The notes under the pieces are model-generated. The model ran no database searches and was not told the DNA's origin. It worked only from the letters and a program-made list of their open reading frames with translations. A program made the position numbers and the translations under genes. This document shows positions 1 to 11,016 of a DNA stretch of 64,000 nt, in pieces. Where the stretch lies: NCBI GenBank assembly GCA_020137815.1, contig CM035355.1:4402001-4466000 (forward strand), written 5' to 3'. The stretch comes from Hormiphora californensis. Taxonomy: Eukaryota > Animalia > Ctenophora. Numbering within the stretch: the first letter of the stretch is position 1; the number at the start of each line of letters is the position of its first letter.

Positions 1-1508
1 TGTGTACACTCTGAGACATTGCAGCTCCAAGATATGGGCCTATAAATGGACCACAGTTGAAATGGGCATACTGAGCTCCCCTGGAAAAGCATATATGAAG
101 CAACACTGCTGGAAAAGCATCAACAAGATATCTACTATCTAGAACTCTGTTTTCAGTTGAGTATACTCAACAAGACGTTAAAGTCCATTCCGGATATATA
201 TAATCACGCCACTTCCTTTTAAGGAATGTAAGATTGAGGTCCAGGACCAATCAATTATTGATGTGGACCAATTATTACCTCACTTGCATGATCCGGACGA
301 ATGGGACTTCCCTGATAATGTATCCTCAGTTATCATTTTTAATCGTCAGAAGGAACAGATTTGATTCAAAAAATCAAAAAAGGAACAGATAAAACCGGAA
401 GATGCTTCGAATGAGTATAAACGACTAAGAGCAATCCTTCGAGATAATAACTTGTTATAGAAAAATATACCCAGCCGGCTCTGATTATCTGCATGCACGG
501 GAGAAAGTTATGTACTACTATTTGGAGACTAATGAAAACTGTGGCATACATTTATTATTTATTAATTATTTTTAAATGGTGTAATGGAGTCAGATGGTAT
601 TCAAAACTCCGCGGATAGGACTTCAATATCCAAATACCCAAGTTGAGAACTCTCAACAACCATTGGAAAAGCATCGATAGCAGTGGGAATACGTGTAATG
701 TTGCGGAGGAACATCGACGTTAAAAAAGGACTAATAAATGGTATGTAATGTAATTTGTAATCCCATTCGTTAAAGACAAGAAAGGATCCGTTGACAAACT
801 TGAAATTAAATTCGACGGAGTTAGGGAAACAACAAAGAGGTATAAGAGAAGTGAAAGTTTACCGAAATGTTTTCTTCTTCGGACTTCAATTCTCTATAAC
901 TCTTAATTAAATTGAATTAATAAATTATACGTAGTACTATAATCGAGGGTGAGGAATTATTCGCTACAGCAACTTCCGGAATATATGTGCGAAATTCTAC
1001 CACTTCGTCATCATCACGTTCTGGTCTGTGGGAGAGCGAGATGCTGCTATTGGAACATGCCCCCCCTCCCACCCTAGAAGCCTAACACGGGCCACACCGA
1101 AACTAACCCATCTTACAGGAATGGAGTTCGATTGGGAAGAGTTTAGAAAGAGCGCAGAAGAATTACTCTATCATTCCAAAAGGGACCACTGTGGACAGAC
1201 ATATAAACAAGAAGAGGACTGTGGAGGACGAACACTTGGTAGAAATTCTACCACTTCGTCATCACCACATTCTGTGGAAGAGCGACATGCTGCTATTGGA
1301 ACAGGTATCCGGCTAGAATACCAATCGTGTGCCATGAGACAGTATATTCGATCTCCGAGATGGAACCAATGTTATAACAGCTGTTACCAGTCGCCCTGCA
1401 TGCTGGTGCAAACAAATAAAAAGCAACAATGCCCCCACAAATCTAACTAACGAAGTCTGGTCTCTCCGCTTGTTAAAGAACAGGAAAGGAAACGGCGACG
1501 ACTGGAAA

Positions 1509-1681
1509 AGAGCAGAAAAAAGAGTAGATATTATATCTACTCTTTTTTTACTGCTCTATAAATTTACACAAGCTACAAACTGTTGAATAATCAATATCGA
1601 ATGAAACGTTTCTTTACTCATATATTAGTAAAGAAACGTTTCATTCGATATTGAACAGTTTGTAGCTTGTGTAAATTTATA
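1509..1681. repeat. Two abutting hairpins (1509-1557 and 1557-1681)
   Basis: agagcagaaaaaagagtagatat pairs with atatctactctttttttactgctct. tataaatttacacaagctacaaactgt..tcaatatcgaatgaaacgtttctttact pairs with its reverse complement at 1627-1681 (7-nt bulge, 8-nt loop). Confidence 0.9.
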
Positions 1682-2515
1682 ATTGATATCAACATCTATA
1701 ACTTAATTACATCTAATGTAGGTTAATAATCACAAACTCTTATATTTATTATACGAGGAAAGCGTTGAGGTTCGGTGCCCTGTTCACCACCGCATTTTAC
1801 TGGGGGGGGGGGGGGGGTGGCCGTGGGAGGGGGGGGGGGGCGGCCAGGGCGAAATAATCCTGCCACCATAAAATGACTTTGGGTGGAAGGAATACGAGGA
1901 CAGCGTTGCAAAGACCTTAAAGTTTTACTATGTTTACAGATTTCGCACCGGTTGATAGAGTTAAAGTACCCTACAAATTGCAGTTGTAGTAGCTGACCAG
2001 CCCCTCCTAATACTCCTGATGGAATAAAAACTTTAAAACGACGCCATTCGATGGCATTATAACATTATATTTCCAACACTACTCATAATATTTCTGTAGC
2101 TTAACGGGCACTGCAAACATGTTCTACAGTGGCAACAGCCCCCGTAATGGTGCCTCCCCTCCTTCCCCTCCCCTAATCTCCCCTAGATCCGTTGAAAGGA
2201 TCTTGGACTCGCCATTTGCTTCGGTACTAACTAATCTAACTAAAGAAGTATGGTCTCGGCGCTTGTTAAAGAACAGGAAAGGAAACGGCGACGACGTTTC
2301 TTTATTCATATGTCTGGTGATAAGGAAGTAGTTACAGTATCGCTATCTCACGGCTCTATCTATTACATGAGTAAAGAAACGTTTCATTCGATATTGAACA
2401 GTTTGTAGCTTGTGTAAATTTATAATTGATATCAACATTTGTAAATACAAAATAAAATCTATAACTTCATTACATCTAATGTAGGTTAATAATCACAAAT
2501 TTTTATATTTATTAT

Positions 2516-3533
2516 ACGAGGACAGCGTTGAGGTTCGGTGCCCTGTTCACCACCGCATTTTACTGGGGGGGGGGGGGGGCGCCAGGGCGAAATAATCCTG
2601 CCACCATACAATAACTTTGGGTGGAAGGAATACGAGGACAGCGTTGAGGTTCAGTACCTTGTCTTAGAGGATGACGGTGTGGAGGCATACCAACACCTTA
2701 TAAAAAAGTGCACGTGGTGTACCACAGGGTGCAAAAAAAGATGTGGCTGCAAAGACGTTGGTTGCTGGTCTCTCTGCTCGTGTGAAGGTTCCTGTCAATA
2801 ACATCTTCTTGATATTTTGGACAACTATCCTCTTATTGACCGCATAACATTCCTTTCCACTGATGTTTTTGTGCTGGTGTTGGCCTGGTGTAGGAGGATG
2901 AAAGACAGTACAGTTCATGATTTGGGGGTGTACATGGATACCGGTAGCCGGTAGGAAGCGGTGGGACATGAGTGCCGTCCTGCTTAAAGAAGGAGAGAAA
3001 GTTGCAGCAGCACTCCCCTACGTCCATGCTGTTAGTGGGGCCGACTGGGTTCCTGCATTTTATGGACATGGTAAGCCCTCGAAGCCCTCGCCAGCAGCAG
3101 CCCTTGAGATTTGATGATATTTGGAAGAGTAACCACCGATCAGTCCCTGTCCCAACTTGGTGAGTTGTGTGCGGCCACGCTCAACCTGGTCAAGAGTGTG
3201 TACAAGGTAGATAGTTGCGCTACCCTTGCAGAAGCTCGGCTACTGCTACTGCGGAAAAAGGTCATCAAATCATTTCGAGATTTGCCACCCTCCCCTGATG
3301 CCCTACGGCAGCAATGTCTTCGTGCCCTGTTCACCGCCGCATTTTACTGGGGCGGTGCTGGCCAGAACGAAATAATCCTGCCACCATACAATGACTTTGG
3401 GTGGAAGGAATACGAGGACAGCGTTGAGGTTCAGTACCTTGCCTTAGAGGATGAAGGTGAGGAGGCATGTAACCAGCACCTTGTAAAAAAGTGCAAGTGG
3501 TGTACCAGAGGGCGCAAAAAAGACGTGAAGTAA
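2516..3533 (+). pseudogene. Scrambled remnants of an Academ(X)-type transposon protein: PIN/XPG nuclease plus Cys-rich (CXC/Cys8) C-terminus
   Basis: Motifs FLSTDVFVL (~2850), HAVSGADWVPAFYGHGK (HxxxGCDxxxxFxGxGK, ~3025-3075), LPPSPDALRQQCLRA..W..LPP..FGW (~3283-3405) and CTWCTTGCKKRCGCKDVGCWSLCSCEGSC (2709-2795). The C-terminal piece occurs three times (1752-1910, 2516-2800, 3320-3533) and there are frameshifts. Confidence 0.7.
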
Positions 3534-3739
3534 AAGTGTACCAAAATGTCTTTTTCTTCAGACTTCAATTTCCTATAACTCTTAATTAAATAAAACTAGT
3601 GTCTAAAATGAGGAACATGAGAAACTCTGCCCTACCAGCCCAACTGTATTTTTACACGCCACAGGTTTGTTTCAGAACTAATACTTCTCAGTTTGTAGCA
3701 GGCACTGTTTCTAACTAATAGCTATAAATCCATACCTAT

Positions 3740-3935
3740 CTCAGGAACTACAGTTAATGCGATAGATAACTTGGGGAAATATGGTCTCACCGTTAGTAAG
3801 ACTACAATGAGGCGGATATGGGCGGCAAATGCCAACAACGAGAAGTTGCTGATCTGGAGCATCAACCAGGCTAAGATAGATAGGGATCAGTTACTGAAGA
3901 TCCCGATTGTTTACACTGGACAAACGAACATCACA
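3740..3935 (+). pseudogene. Fused fragments: Academ-transposase-like N-terminal motif followed by Penelope-like post-RT motif
   Basis: SGTTVNAIDNLGKYGLTVSKTTMRR resembles the GxxxxxIxxLxxxGxxxSxxT motif of Academ transposases. QAKIDRDQLLKIPIVYT resembles the AxxxxRxxLL..IPxVxT motif of Penelope-like elements. Both matches are short. Confidence 0.35.
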
Positions 3936-4502
3936 CCCTATCTATCTCTGAACGGTATAAACTAATTAATGATAATATCCTAATTTCAAAGATGACAGCT
4001 GCCAATTATTCAAAATCTCTAATTCCAGACACTGTGTAGTGTGCCAATAAATGCTATACTTCTTTAGTTTTTTTTCGGGGGCAACAGTCACATGACACAA
4101 TATTATTCGCAGCTGCAAACGGTATCCGATTCAGCTTCAGTGATAATGACTTAAACTTCAACTGGTATTCCCCCGCATATATAGTTCAAGGAGATAACTT
4201 CAATCGTTATGTTAACGTTATATCATGTAAAGAATTAAAATATTTTTATGGTTGTATGAATGAAATATAATAAATTAGCCACCTATTGCGAGGCCTGGAC
4301 GAGAGAGATCGAGGAGTGAGGACTATATATAAAGACACGAAGACACGACATCTTCCCCTTCTTCTACTGTGTACGTGATCAGAGGGAGGCTATTAGAACG
4401 AGGGAAGGCAGAATTGCCGACAGAAAAGCCGTCCATGGCCACTTCTGGGGCAGGTTGTGTGTATTCCGAGATGCCGTTCACCGGGCAAGAACCAGTAGAT
4501 AT

Positions 4503-6150
4503 CAGGAAACGACCGAACCGGGTTTTTTTCCATCGAACCGAACCGAACCGAATTTGAAAAACTTTTTTACCGAACCGAACCGAACCGAACCGAACCGAAT
4601 TTCGGTAACCGAACCGAACCGAACCATACAAAACTTTTTCTGTATAAATGTTTCTCTAAAAAGTCATGGAGAGCACCCTGCACCGATCAAGGTATTGAGA
4701 ATCATCTCTATTATAATTTGGAGATGTCGCGTCGAAGTCGAAGTCGTTCGTTCAGCGGTATCTAAGCGACAGACTGCTCCTTCATAAAACACTTTATGTG
4801 ACCAAAGCTGTAAAGCTGTTACTCACAGTTTTGGGACTTCCAGTGGAAGTTTGTTAATATTTTCGAATGACTTTTAACATGCCAGTCCCCATAGTTACCG
4901 ATTCAGTTGCCATGGCAACCGTTGAAAGGGGCAAAAAGAACCACCCGGCGAAGCCGGGTGGGTTATCAAAAAGCCCTTACTTGAGGCGCACCCAATGGGT
5001 GCGCTAGTTCTCTGAAATTTTGTTAAAAAATGTTTGAAAAAAATTCAAAGTCAATTTTGTGAAAAAATTTTCAAAGTCAATTTTATCGTAAATTTTCTAT
5101 GTCAATTTTTGCGTACGAATCGTGTTTCGAATCGGCAATGCTATACGGGAATGGTATTGCTAATTAGCAGGATTAAACGAACCATGAATCGTGTCTCTCT
5201 AAATTTCCTAATTAGATTTGATGGGGGATCACGTATCAGCACAATCCATCTCGGACCCACTAATTACCAACATCACTCCCGTTTAGCATTGTCGATTAGA
5301 AACACGATTCGTATACCATAATTTACTTTCATATTTTTCACAAAAAAAATTTCACAAAATTTCAGGTAATGATTCTCAATACCTTGATCGATGCTCTCCA
5401 TGAATTTTTAGAGAAACATTTAATTTTGTGAAAAAACTTTGTAAAATATTTCGGAAAAAAAATTCTATGTCAATTTTGCCGTACGAATCGTGTTGCGAAT
5501 CGGTGATGCTATGCGGCAGTGCTCTCGCTAATTAGCAGGATTTATTGAAACATGAATCGTTTCCCCTAAACTTCCTAATTAGATTTGATGGGGGATCACG
5601 TATCAGCATAATCCATCTCGGACCCACTAATTAGCAACATCACTCCCGCTTAGCAATACCGATTCGAAACACGATTCGTACGCAAAAATTGACATAGAAA
5701 ATTTTCTATAAAATTGACTTTGAAATATTTTCCAAACTTTTTTACAAAATTTCAGAGAATGATTCTTAACACCTTGATCGGTGCTCTCCATGAATTTTTT
5801 GAAAAAAAAAGTTTCTGAATTTGTTGACCCTCTCATGAGGACACGATTCGACGGAAAGTCAGGTATCAAATCAATCCATATCGAACCCGCTAACTAGCGA
5901 AATCATTTCCACATAGCACCACCGATTCGAAATAAGGTTAATACGGCGAAATTGACATTGAAATCCAAACAATTTTCGTGAAATAATTGAAAAATTTTGC
6001 ATGAAAAAGCCCGATTTCTGGGCATTTTTTGACCAAAAAATTCGGTGGTTCGGCCAAAATTTCCTACCGAACCGAACCGAACCGAACCGCCCAAAAAACA
6101 CCGAATTTCCGAACCGAACCGAACCGAACCGAATATTCGGTCGCTTCCTG
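4503..6150. mobile_element. Non-autonomous hAT element (MITE-like)
   Basis: 8-bp TSD GTAGATAT (4495-4502 / 6151-6158). 15-bp TIR caggaa(a/g)cgaccgaa. Subterminal (CCGAA)n arrays at both ends. Internal ~360-bp duplicated and inverted units. Confidence 0.92.
4705..5007 (+). mobile_element. Non-autonomous Helitron (303 bp) nested in the hAT MITE
   Basis: Starts TC and ends CTAG, with 3' hairpins ccacccggc-gaa-gccgggtgg (4941-4961) and gcgcaccca-a-tgggtgcgc (4986-5004). Inserted between A and T with no TSD. The empty site aatca|ttctctgaa is seen in the host MITE's inverted internal repeat (~5751-5790). Confidence 0.88.
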
Positions 6151-7130
6151 GTAGATATGTTGTATCGCACTAAAAAGCGTATATCACGTGCGCGTGGACA
6201 AGTGCTAAGGAGTACGATAGTGTGCAGGAGCTTTTTAAAATGAATAAAGACATCATCATGACAGAAGAGGATGAGAAGATGATGAGAGAGTCGAAGGACT
6301 GCTGGATTTGTGGCAAAGAGTTGAAGAGGGACCGTGTGAAAGACCACTGCCACATGACAGGAAAGTTCCTTGGTGCAGCCCACAACGCCTGCAACTTGAT
6401 GCGAGCAAAGAGGGAGACTGAAAAACTTCCAATCCTCTTTCACAACTTCAAGGTAAACCCTCTGTATCAAGATTTGTGTGCACTGTGGGATAATACCGTG
6501 TTTTAGGTTGAAGGAATGTCTTAAATATATAACTATTGACCGTTTTACACGACGAACACAATTGGTAGAAATTATACCCCTTCGTCTACTGTTATCATTA
6601 TTAGATAGGAGAATTTATCAGTGACATTAGTATACCTTATTTTACTTAAAGTTTTACAGATTTCGTACCGGTTGATAGAGTTAAAGTACCCTACAAATTG
6701 CAGTTGCAGTAGCTGACCAGCCCCTGTGCACCATTGCCAAAATAATACAGTTGGACATGCAACAAAGTTCTATTTATAACAAGAATTATTGCATTATGTA
6801 TTCATAATGCGGTGTTTCCCTGCCCTCCGTCGACAGGATCAGTATCACACTATCAGTATCACAATATCAAGGCTTGGTCACAATGTGAGATGCATGCGTC
6901 CTGTATGTATGCAGTTACACAGCTGTTTTACTCTACCCTCACCCCTTCAGCAACAGTGTTGTGAGCGCCGCGCACAGCTTTGAAAAATAAGCGTCCTGAC
7001 ATCATATTTCATCAAAACAGTTATTTGATTTTATGAAGGAGCAGTTACTATGCTGCTACCGTGACACACGCGATTTTGACCACGCTCGAGTTACTATTTC
7101 AAATCCGAGATTTCTAAACCCTTTATGATC

Positions 7131-7189
7131 TTTTTAGCACACGTGCTAAAACGATCATCCGGGTGGATGCCCTTCGGGCATCCACCCGG
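7131..7189. mobile_element. Probable terminus of a Helitron2/Helentron-like element
   Basis: T-run plus tttagcac-ac-gtgctaaa hairpin, then a perfect 14-bp stem ccgggtggatgccc-ttc-gggcatccacccgg (7159-7189). The other end was not found. Confidence 0.4.
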
Positions 7190-7360
7190 GCAGGGAAAAA
7201 ATAATTAATAAAATTAATAAATTATACGTAGTTATAATCGAGGATGAAGAATTAGTCGCTACAGTAGGCTACTGTCAGTAGCTTCCAGAATATGTGCGAC
7301 GGACTATTCTAGAAATTATACCCCTTCGTCTACTGTTATCATTGTTAGACAGGAGAATTA

Positions 7361-7550
7361 GAGGTTACATTACACACATCACCAGCTGAATCATCGTGGT
7401 GTAATGGTTTGGTAATAATGGAATCCTTGGTAGAATGATCAGAAATATCATGGAGGAAGCGAAAGTGTCACTCGAAATAGCATGCTTATGGGCGACTTCG
7501 GCCAAGAACAGTCTTGCTAATCAAACTGGGTTTTCTCCTCACCAATTGTA
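7361..7550 (+). pseudogene. Ty1/copia (GalEa-like) integrase core fragment
   Basis: TSPAESSWCNGLV/NGILGRMIRNIMEEAKVSLEIACLWATSAKNSLANQTGFSPHQL matches TxAESPWSNG..ERHN..WAxxAKNxL.N..GFSPxQL. One frameshift or deletion at ERH. Confidence 0.75.
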
Positions 7551-7574
7551 TTGTTAATACTGACCCTGTTTTAG

Positions 7575-7686
7575 GTGAAATCAGCACTAACTAGAGTCCA
7601 AACGGAGATAGATTATACGTATGAACCTATAACAGACGCCGAGTGGAAGCTCATAGAGAAAGCCACACCACTCCTAGCCCCACTGG
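7575..7686 (+). pseudogene. hAT transposase (ZBED-like) fragment
   Basis: VKSALTRVQTE..ITDAEWKLIEKATPLLAPL matches the LxxxEWxxIExxxxLLxP motif. Preceded by a tttag acceptor. Confidence 0.55.
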
Positions 7687-8154
7687 TTCATACTATTATT
7701 TTTAATTTTATAGGTCGGTGCAACAGCACAACAATTTTCACGAGAAGTTTGTTTTGATATGAATATGATATTCACTTCTTCACAACAAGAAAGATGTGTT
7801 TAGCATCAGTCAACAAAAGCGACAATGCCCCCACTGTTCTGAAGATCATAGTCCGGTTGAATGCCGTGCAGACCACTGCAATATATAAGAATTAAGAGGA
7901 CACCTGCAAAGATCACAATTGAGTACTTACGACTGTCATGGTTACTGGCCACTGCCATAGAAGAGGATATGATAGAAAGGCCGCGATCGATCATCGACAA
8001 TAAAATAATTAGAGAGAATTGCACTGCTTTGATGAGACAGCTTAACTACATAATATAATATGTAGTTTAGCTGTCTATAGAGTATTTAATTTTGCCTAAA
8101 AACCCAGCACCCCCTGGGTGCATTGCCCAGTAATCTCTTCCGGTGATAAATCCC

Positions 8155-8225
8155 TTCTAAAATGCCCAAACTGTGCCAACAGTCGTACCCGAAACCACTC
8201 GGCTACATCAATGGACTGTCCAATT
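8155..8225 (+). pseudogene. Non-LTR retrotransposon ORF1 third zinc knuckle fragment
   Basis: LLKCPNCANSRTRNHSATSMDCPI = CxNC..HxAxSxxCP. Confidence 0.6.
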
Positions 8226-8638
8226 GACTCATGATGAATCCAAAGACCTATAAATGATTAGTTTATGCCAATTAAACATCAGCGGACTCTGCACACAAGC
8301 TACTATTATTACTGTAGATCGATGTTCAAAAGTTTGTAGCTTGTGTAAATTTATAATTGATATCAATACGAAATAATAATAATTAATATGAATACGAAAA
8401 GGAATCTCAATGGAAACCCAAGAACAAAGAGACGAAGAGGCATTATAACATACTATGATTCATATATAGGTTTTTGAGAGAAATAAACAGATAAAAATTG
8501 GCTTTATTCTATCTATGGTATTGAAGTAAAGATGGAAGCAGAATGCTTTACTAGCAGCACAGTTATCATTTGCCTTATATACGCATCAGGTAACAACTAG
8601 CTCAGTCGTTTAAAGTTGAAAAGTTAGTGTTAAAATTG

Positions 8639-9630
8639 AAATTCAGTGATCTTTAGCTATGCTCATATCTGAAATATTCTGATCTCCTGCCAGGGACCAA
8701 TAGGGCAATGATTGACACACTGCAGTTTCTTGGGCTAACTCTTTGTTGTAAGACGATCTCTGAGACCGCCTTCTGAATCTGTTCTTCGGCAACATGTGAG
8801 AAGAAGTATATTTGTAGCCAGCCTATATGGAGATTGTCTCATAAGAGCGACATTTGGGGAGATATGACTCGAAAGGGGCTAAAGATGGACAATTGGGGAT
8901 GGAGTACCGGTACCGAGAGCTTCTTTAACTGGGGAACAGACTCCAATTTGATTTCAGAAAACTTAAAAGCGCTGTTTAAGTCTTGTTCGTCGACAGTGTG
9001 TATCAGTTGCCGGTGTGAACGCTGCTGGCTCCATTGCGCCTGCAAAGCAGAATGTGCAAAATCAGTTGTTTTATTCTAAAAGAAGCCACAGTTGTATGTG
9101 ACCGGTTTGTGTATTTTAATCTATTCGATGTTTTTACTTTTTAATACATTTTAATTACGCGTTAACTTATCAATTTTATATTATGCAGGGAGTAATTTAA
9201 TCTCTTGAACTTATCAATATCAAAGGAACGTCATTGAACTTGGCGATTGTCAGTTGTTTAATTATCGTATGGTACTGTGTACTATGTTTTATTGTTTCGA
9301 ATCTTAATTTGAGCTCCAGCTCAGCTGAAGGCAAATATGAAAAGTGTGGTTAAATATTTAAAGCATGTATGTAGATATCTCTCGTGCGATATTCGTAGGT
9401 CTAGCGCGCGGTGAAAGTTAGCATCGTCAGCATTTTAAAAGACGCAAACCCATGCAATCGCACATTACCCTTACAAGTGAGATGAAACCTAACGCAGCTC
9501 CCCGAACCCCCGGCAAATTCAGTGATCTCTAGATATGCTCATATCTGAAATATTCTGATCTCCTGCCAGGGACCAATAGGGCAATGATTGACACACTGCA
9601 GTTTCTTGGGCTAAATCTTTGTTGTAAGAC
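8639..9630. repeat. 116-bp direct repeats (8639-8754, 9515-9630) enclosing a 760-bp insert with a minus-strand exon-like segment
   Basis: Near-identical aaattcagtgatct...ttgttgtaagac copies. The insert has a minus-strand ctgctttgcAG acceptor at ~9041 followed by a 67-codon open stretch. Confidence 0.85.
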
Positions 9631-9779
9631 ATTGATAAAATAGTCAAGACAATTGTTCAACAGCAAGAAGAAGTCAGGCATGTTCTAGGAAAATCAGAAG
9701 TAGATTTAATAAATCATTTCTAAATTTATGTATATGTTTCGGTCAATATTCTTTTAATTACTTGAAGTGTGCCCCGTTT

Positions 9780-10050
9780 TTTTCATTTTCATTTTCATTT
9801 TCATTTTCATTTTCATTTTCATTTTCATTTTCATTTTCATTTTCATTTTCATTTTCATTTTCATTTTCATTTTCATTTTCATTTTTTTCTTCATTTTTTT
9901 TCTTCATTTTTTTTCTTCATTTTTTTCTTCATTTTTTTTTCTTCATTTTTTCTTCTTCATTTTCTTCTTCATTTTTTTCACATCTTTCATTTTTTCTCTC
10001 ATTTATTCTCACTTTTTTCATTGTTTTCTTCATTTTTTCCATTTTTTCCC
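9780..10050. repeat. (TTTTCA)n microsatellite (~17 perfect units to 9881) decaying into T-rich low complexity
   Basis: Direct reading. Confidence 0.97.
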
Positions 10051-10629
10051 TGTCTGGGTGAATGCCAAAGGCAGGGTTAGCAGGGCTGATCGTTACGAGG
10101 TTAAACAGGGGAGCTGCCACCAGGCCATCATGGACAAGCTCCAATAACTATAAGCAGCAAGCGATTATCGATGAAAAAATCGAACGGGACCAGCGTGTCC
10201 ACCGTTATAAGACGACAAGAGGGTATTCTAATTTCTTTCAATGCCACCCCGGCCCCTCTGCCCCCACCATTCAATAACCATGCTGTCCATGGATTCGACA
10301 AAAGATAAGGCCGAAATTGTACCAGGGGTTTTGTACGTGCCAGTCACTTTGCAGGAATAATAAAGCTGCGTCTCCACTGTCATGAGACGACGAGAGGGTA
10401 TTCTAATATCTACCACACCAAAGCTATTCTTGCAGTGAAACTTCAGTTTTGTATGGAAGGCGCGGAGGCCGGGACATTGTAGCGTGATTTATATGCATCC
10501 ATTTTTAATGTATCGCTTTTCCCAGAAAGTTCATATGATTTGGTAACCGGTTACCGTGTCATCAGTAGTATGCCTTGCTTGTATAACATGCTATACGAGG
10601 GGATAATCTTGTGGCATGTATCCGGATTC

Positions 10630-10821
10630 TTGGAGTCTTCCCTTTCTTACCAGCAGGAGACATACATTTCTTGTGGGCAGCACTGGGACCATCGCTACCC
10701 GGATGTACCACAGCTTGCAAACCTTACCACAGTTCAGCAACTCAAGGGGTTCAAGGAAGGTAAAAATGTGAAGAATCACTTCGTCTGGTAGCTGATGAAG
10801 ACTCGGTTCTCCCTCAACCAT
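10630..10821 (-). pseudogene. F-box protein 5' fragment
   Basis: MVEGEPSLHQLPDEVILHIFTFLEPLELLNCGKVCKLW is a canonical F-box (LxxLPDEILxxIFxFL..L..VCKxW). A ttgcAG acceptor lies 17 nt upstream of the ATG (10821). No downstream domain. Flanked by an exact 18-bp direct repeat. Confidence 0.8.
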
Positions 10822-10950
10822 CCTTTCCGTCGTGAAATCTGCAAATCGAGGTTTGTTTCGTTGAGCTTGATTCTCGACACTGGAAGCACGTATGTAGCAG
10901 CTATACGAGGGGATAATACTATGGCATATCGAACATGACTTGGGGATCAT

Positions 10951-11016
10951 ACCGAAGCTGGCAGATGAGCAGTTAGGATTCAGGAAGGGATTATCGACAA
11001 GTCATGCAACCCTTAA
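10951..11016 (+). pseudogene. LINE reverse transcriptase fragment interrupted by a Kolobok MITE
   Basis: PKLADEQLGFRKGLSTSHATL = QxGFRxGxSTxxA motif of non-LTR RT. Confidence 0.7.

Larger units (their letters stand above)
4323..6452 (+). pseudogene. Polinton/Maverick/adintovirus-type protein-primed DNA polymerase B N-terminal fragment (endonuclease VII His-Me region), split by a hAT MITE
   Basis: 6222-6452 encodes IIMTEEDEK..CWICGKEL..RVKDHCHMTGKFLGAAHNACNL..LPILFHNFK, the hallmark CxxC..DHCHxTG..GxAHxxCN..PxxFHN region. Coding-like sequence continues across the GTAGATAT target site (FTGQEPVD|MLYR) into 4323-4502. Confidence 0.8.

Noticed and set aside
4323-6243. RFGSV / NRTEP repeat ORFs
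   Set aside because: Translation of the hAT subterminal (CCGAA)n arrays.
7159-7200. Rho-independent terminator
   Set aside because: Eukaryotic context and no adjacent U-tract; better explained as a rolling-circle element end.
9762-10147. Poly-FS/FI/FH ORFs
   Set aside because: Translation of the (TTTTCA)n microsatellite.
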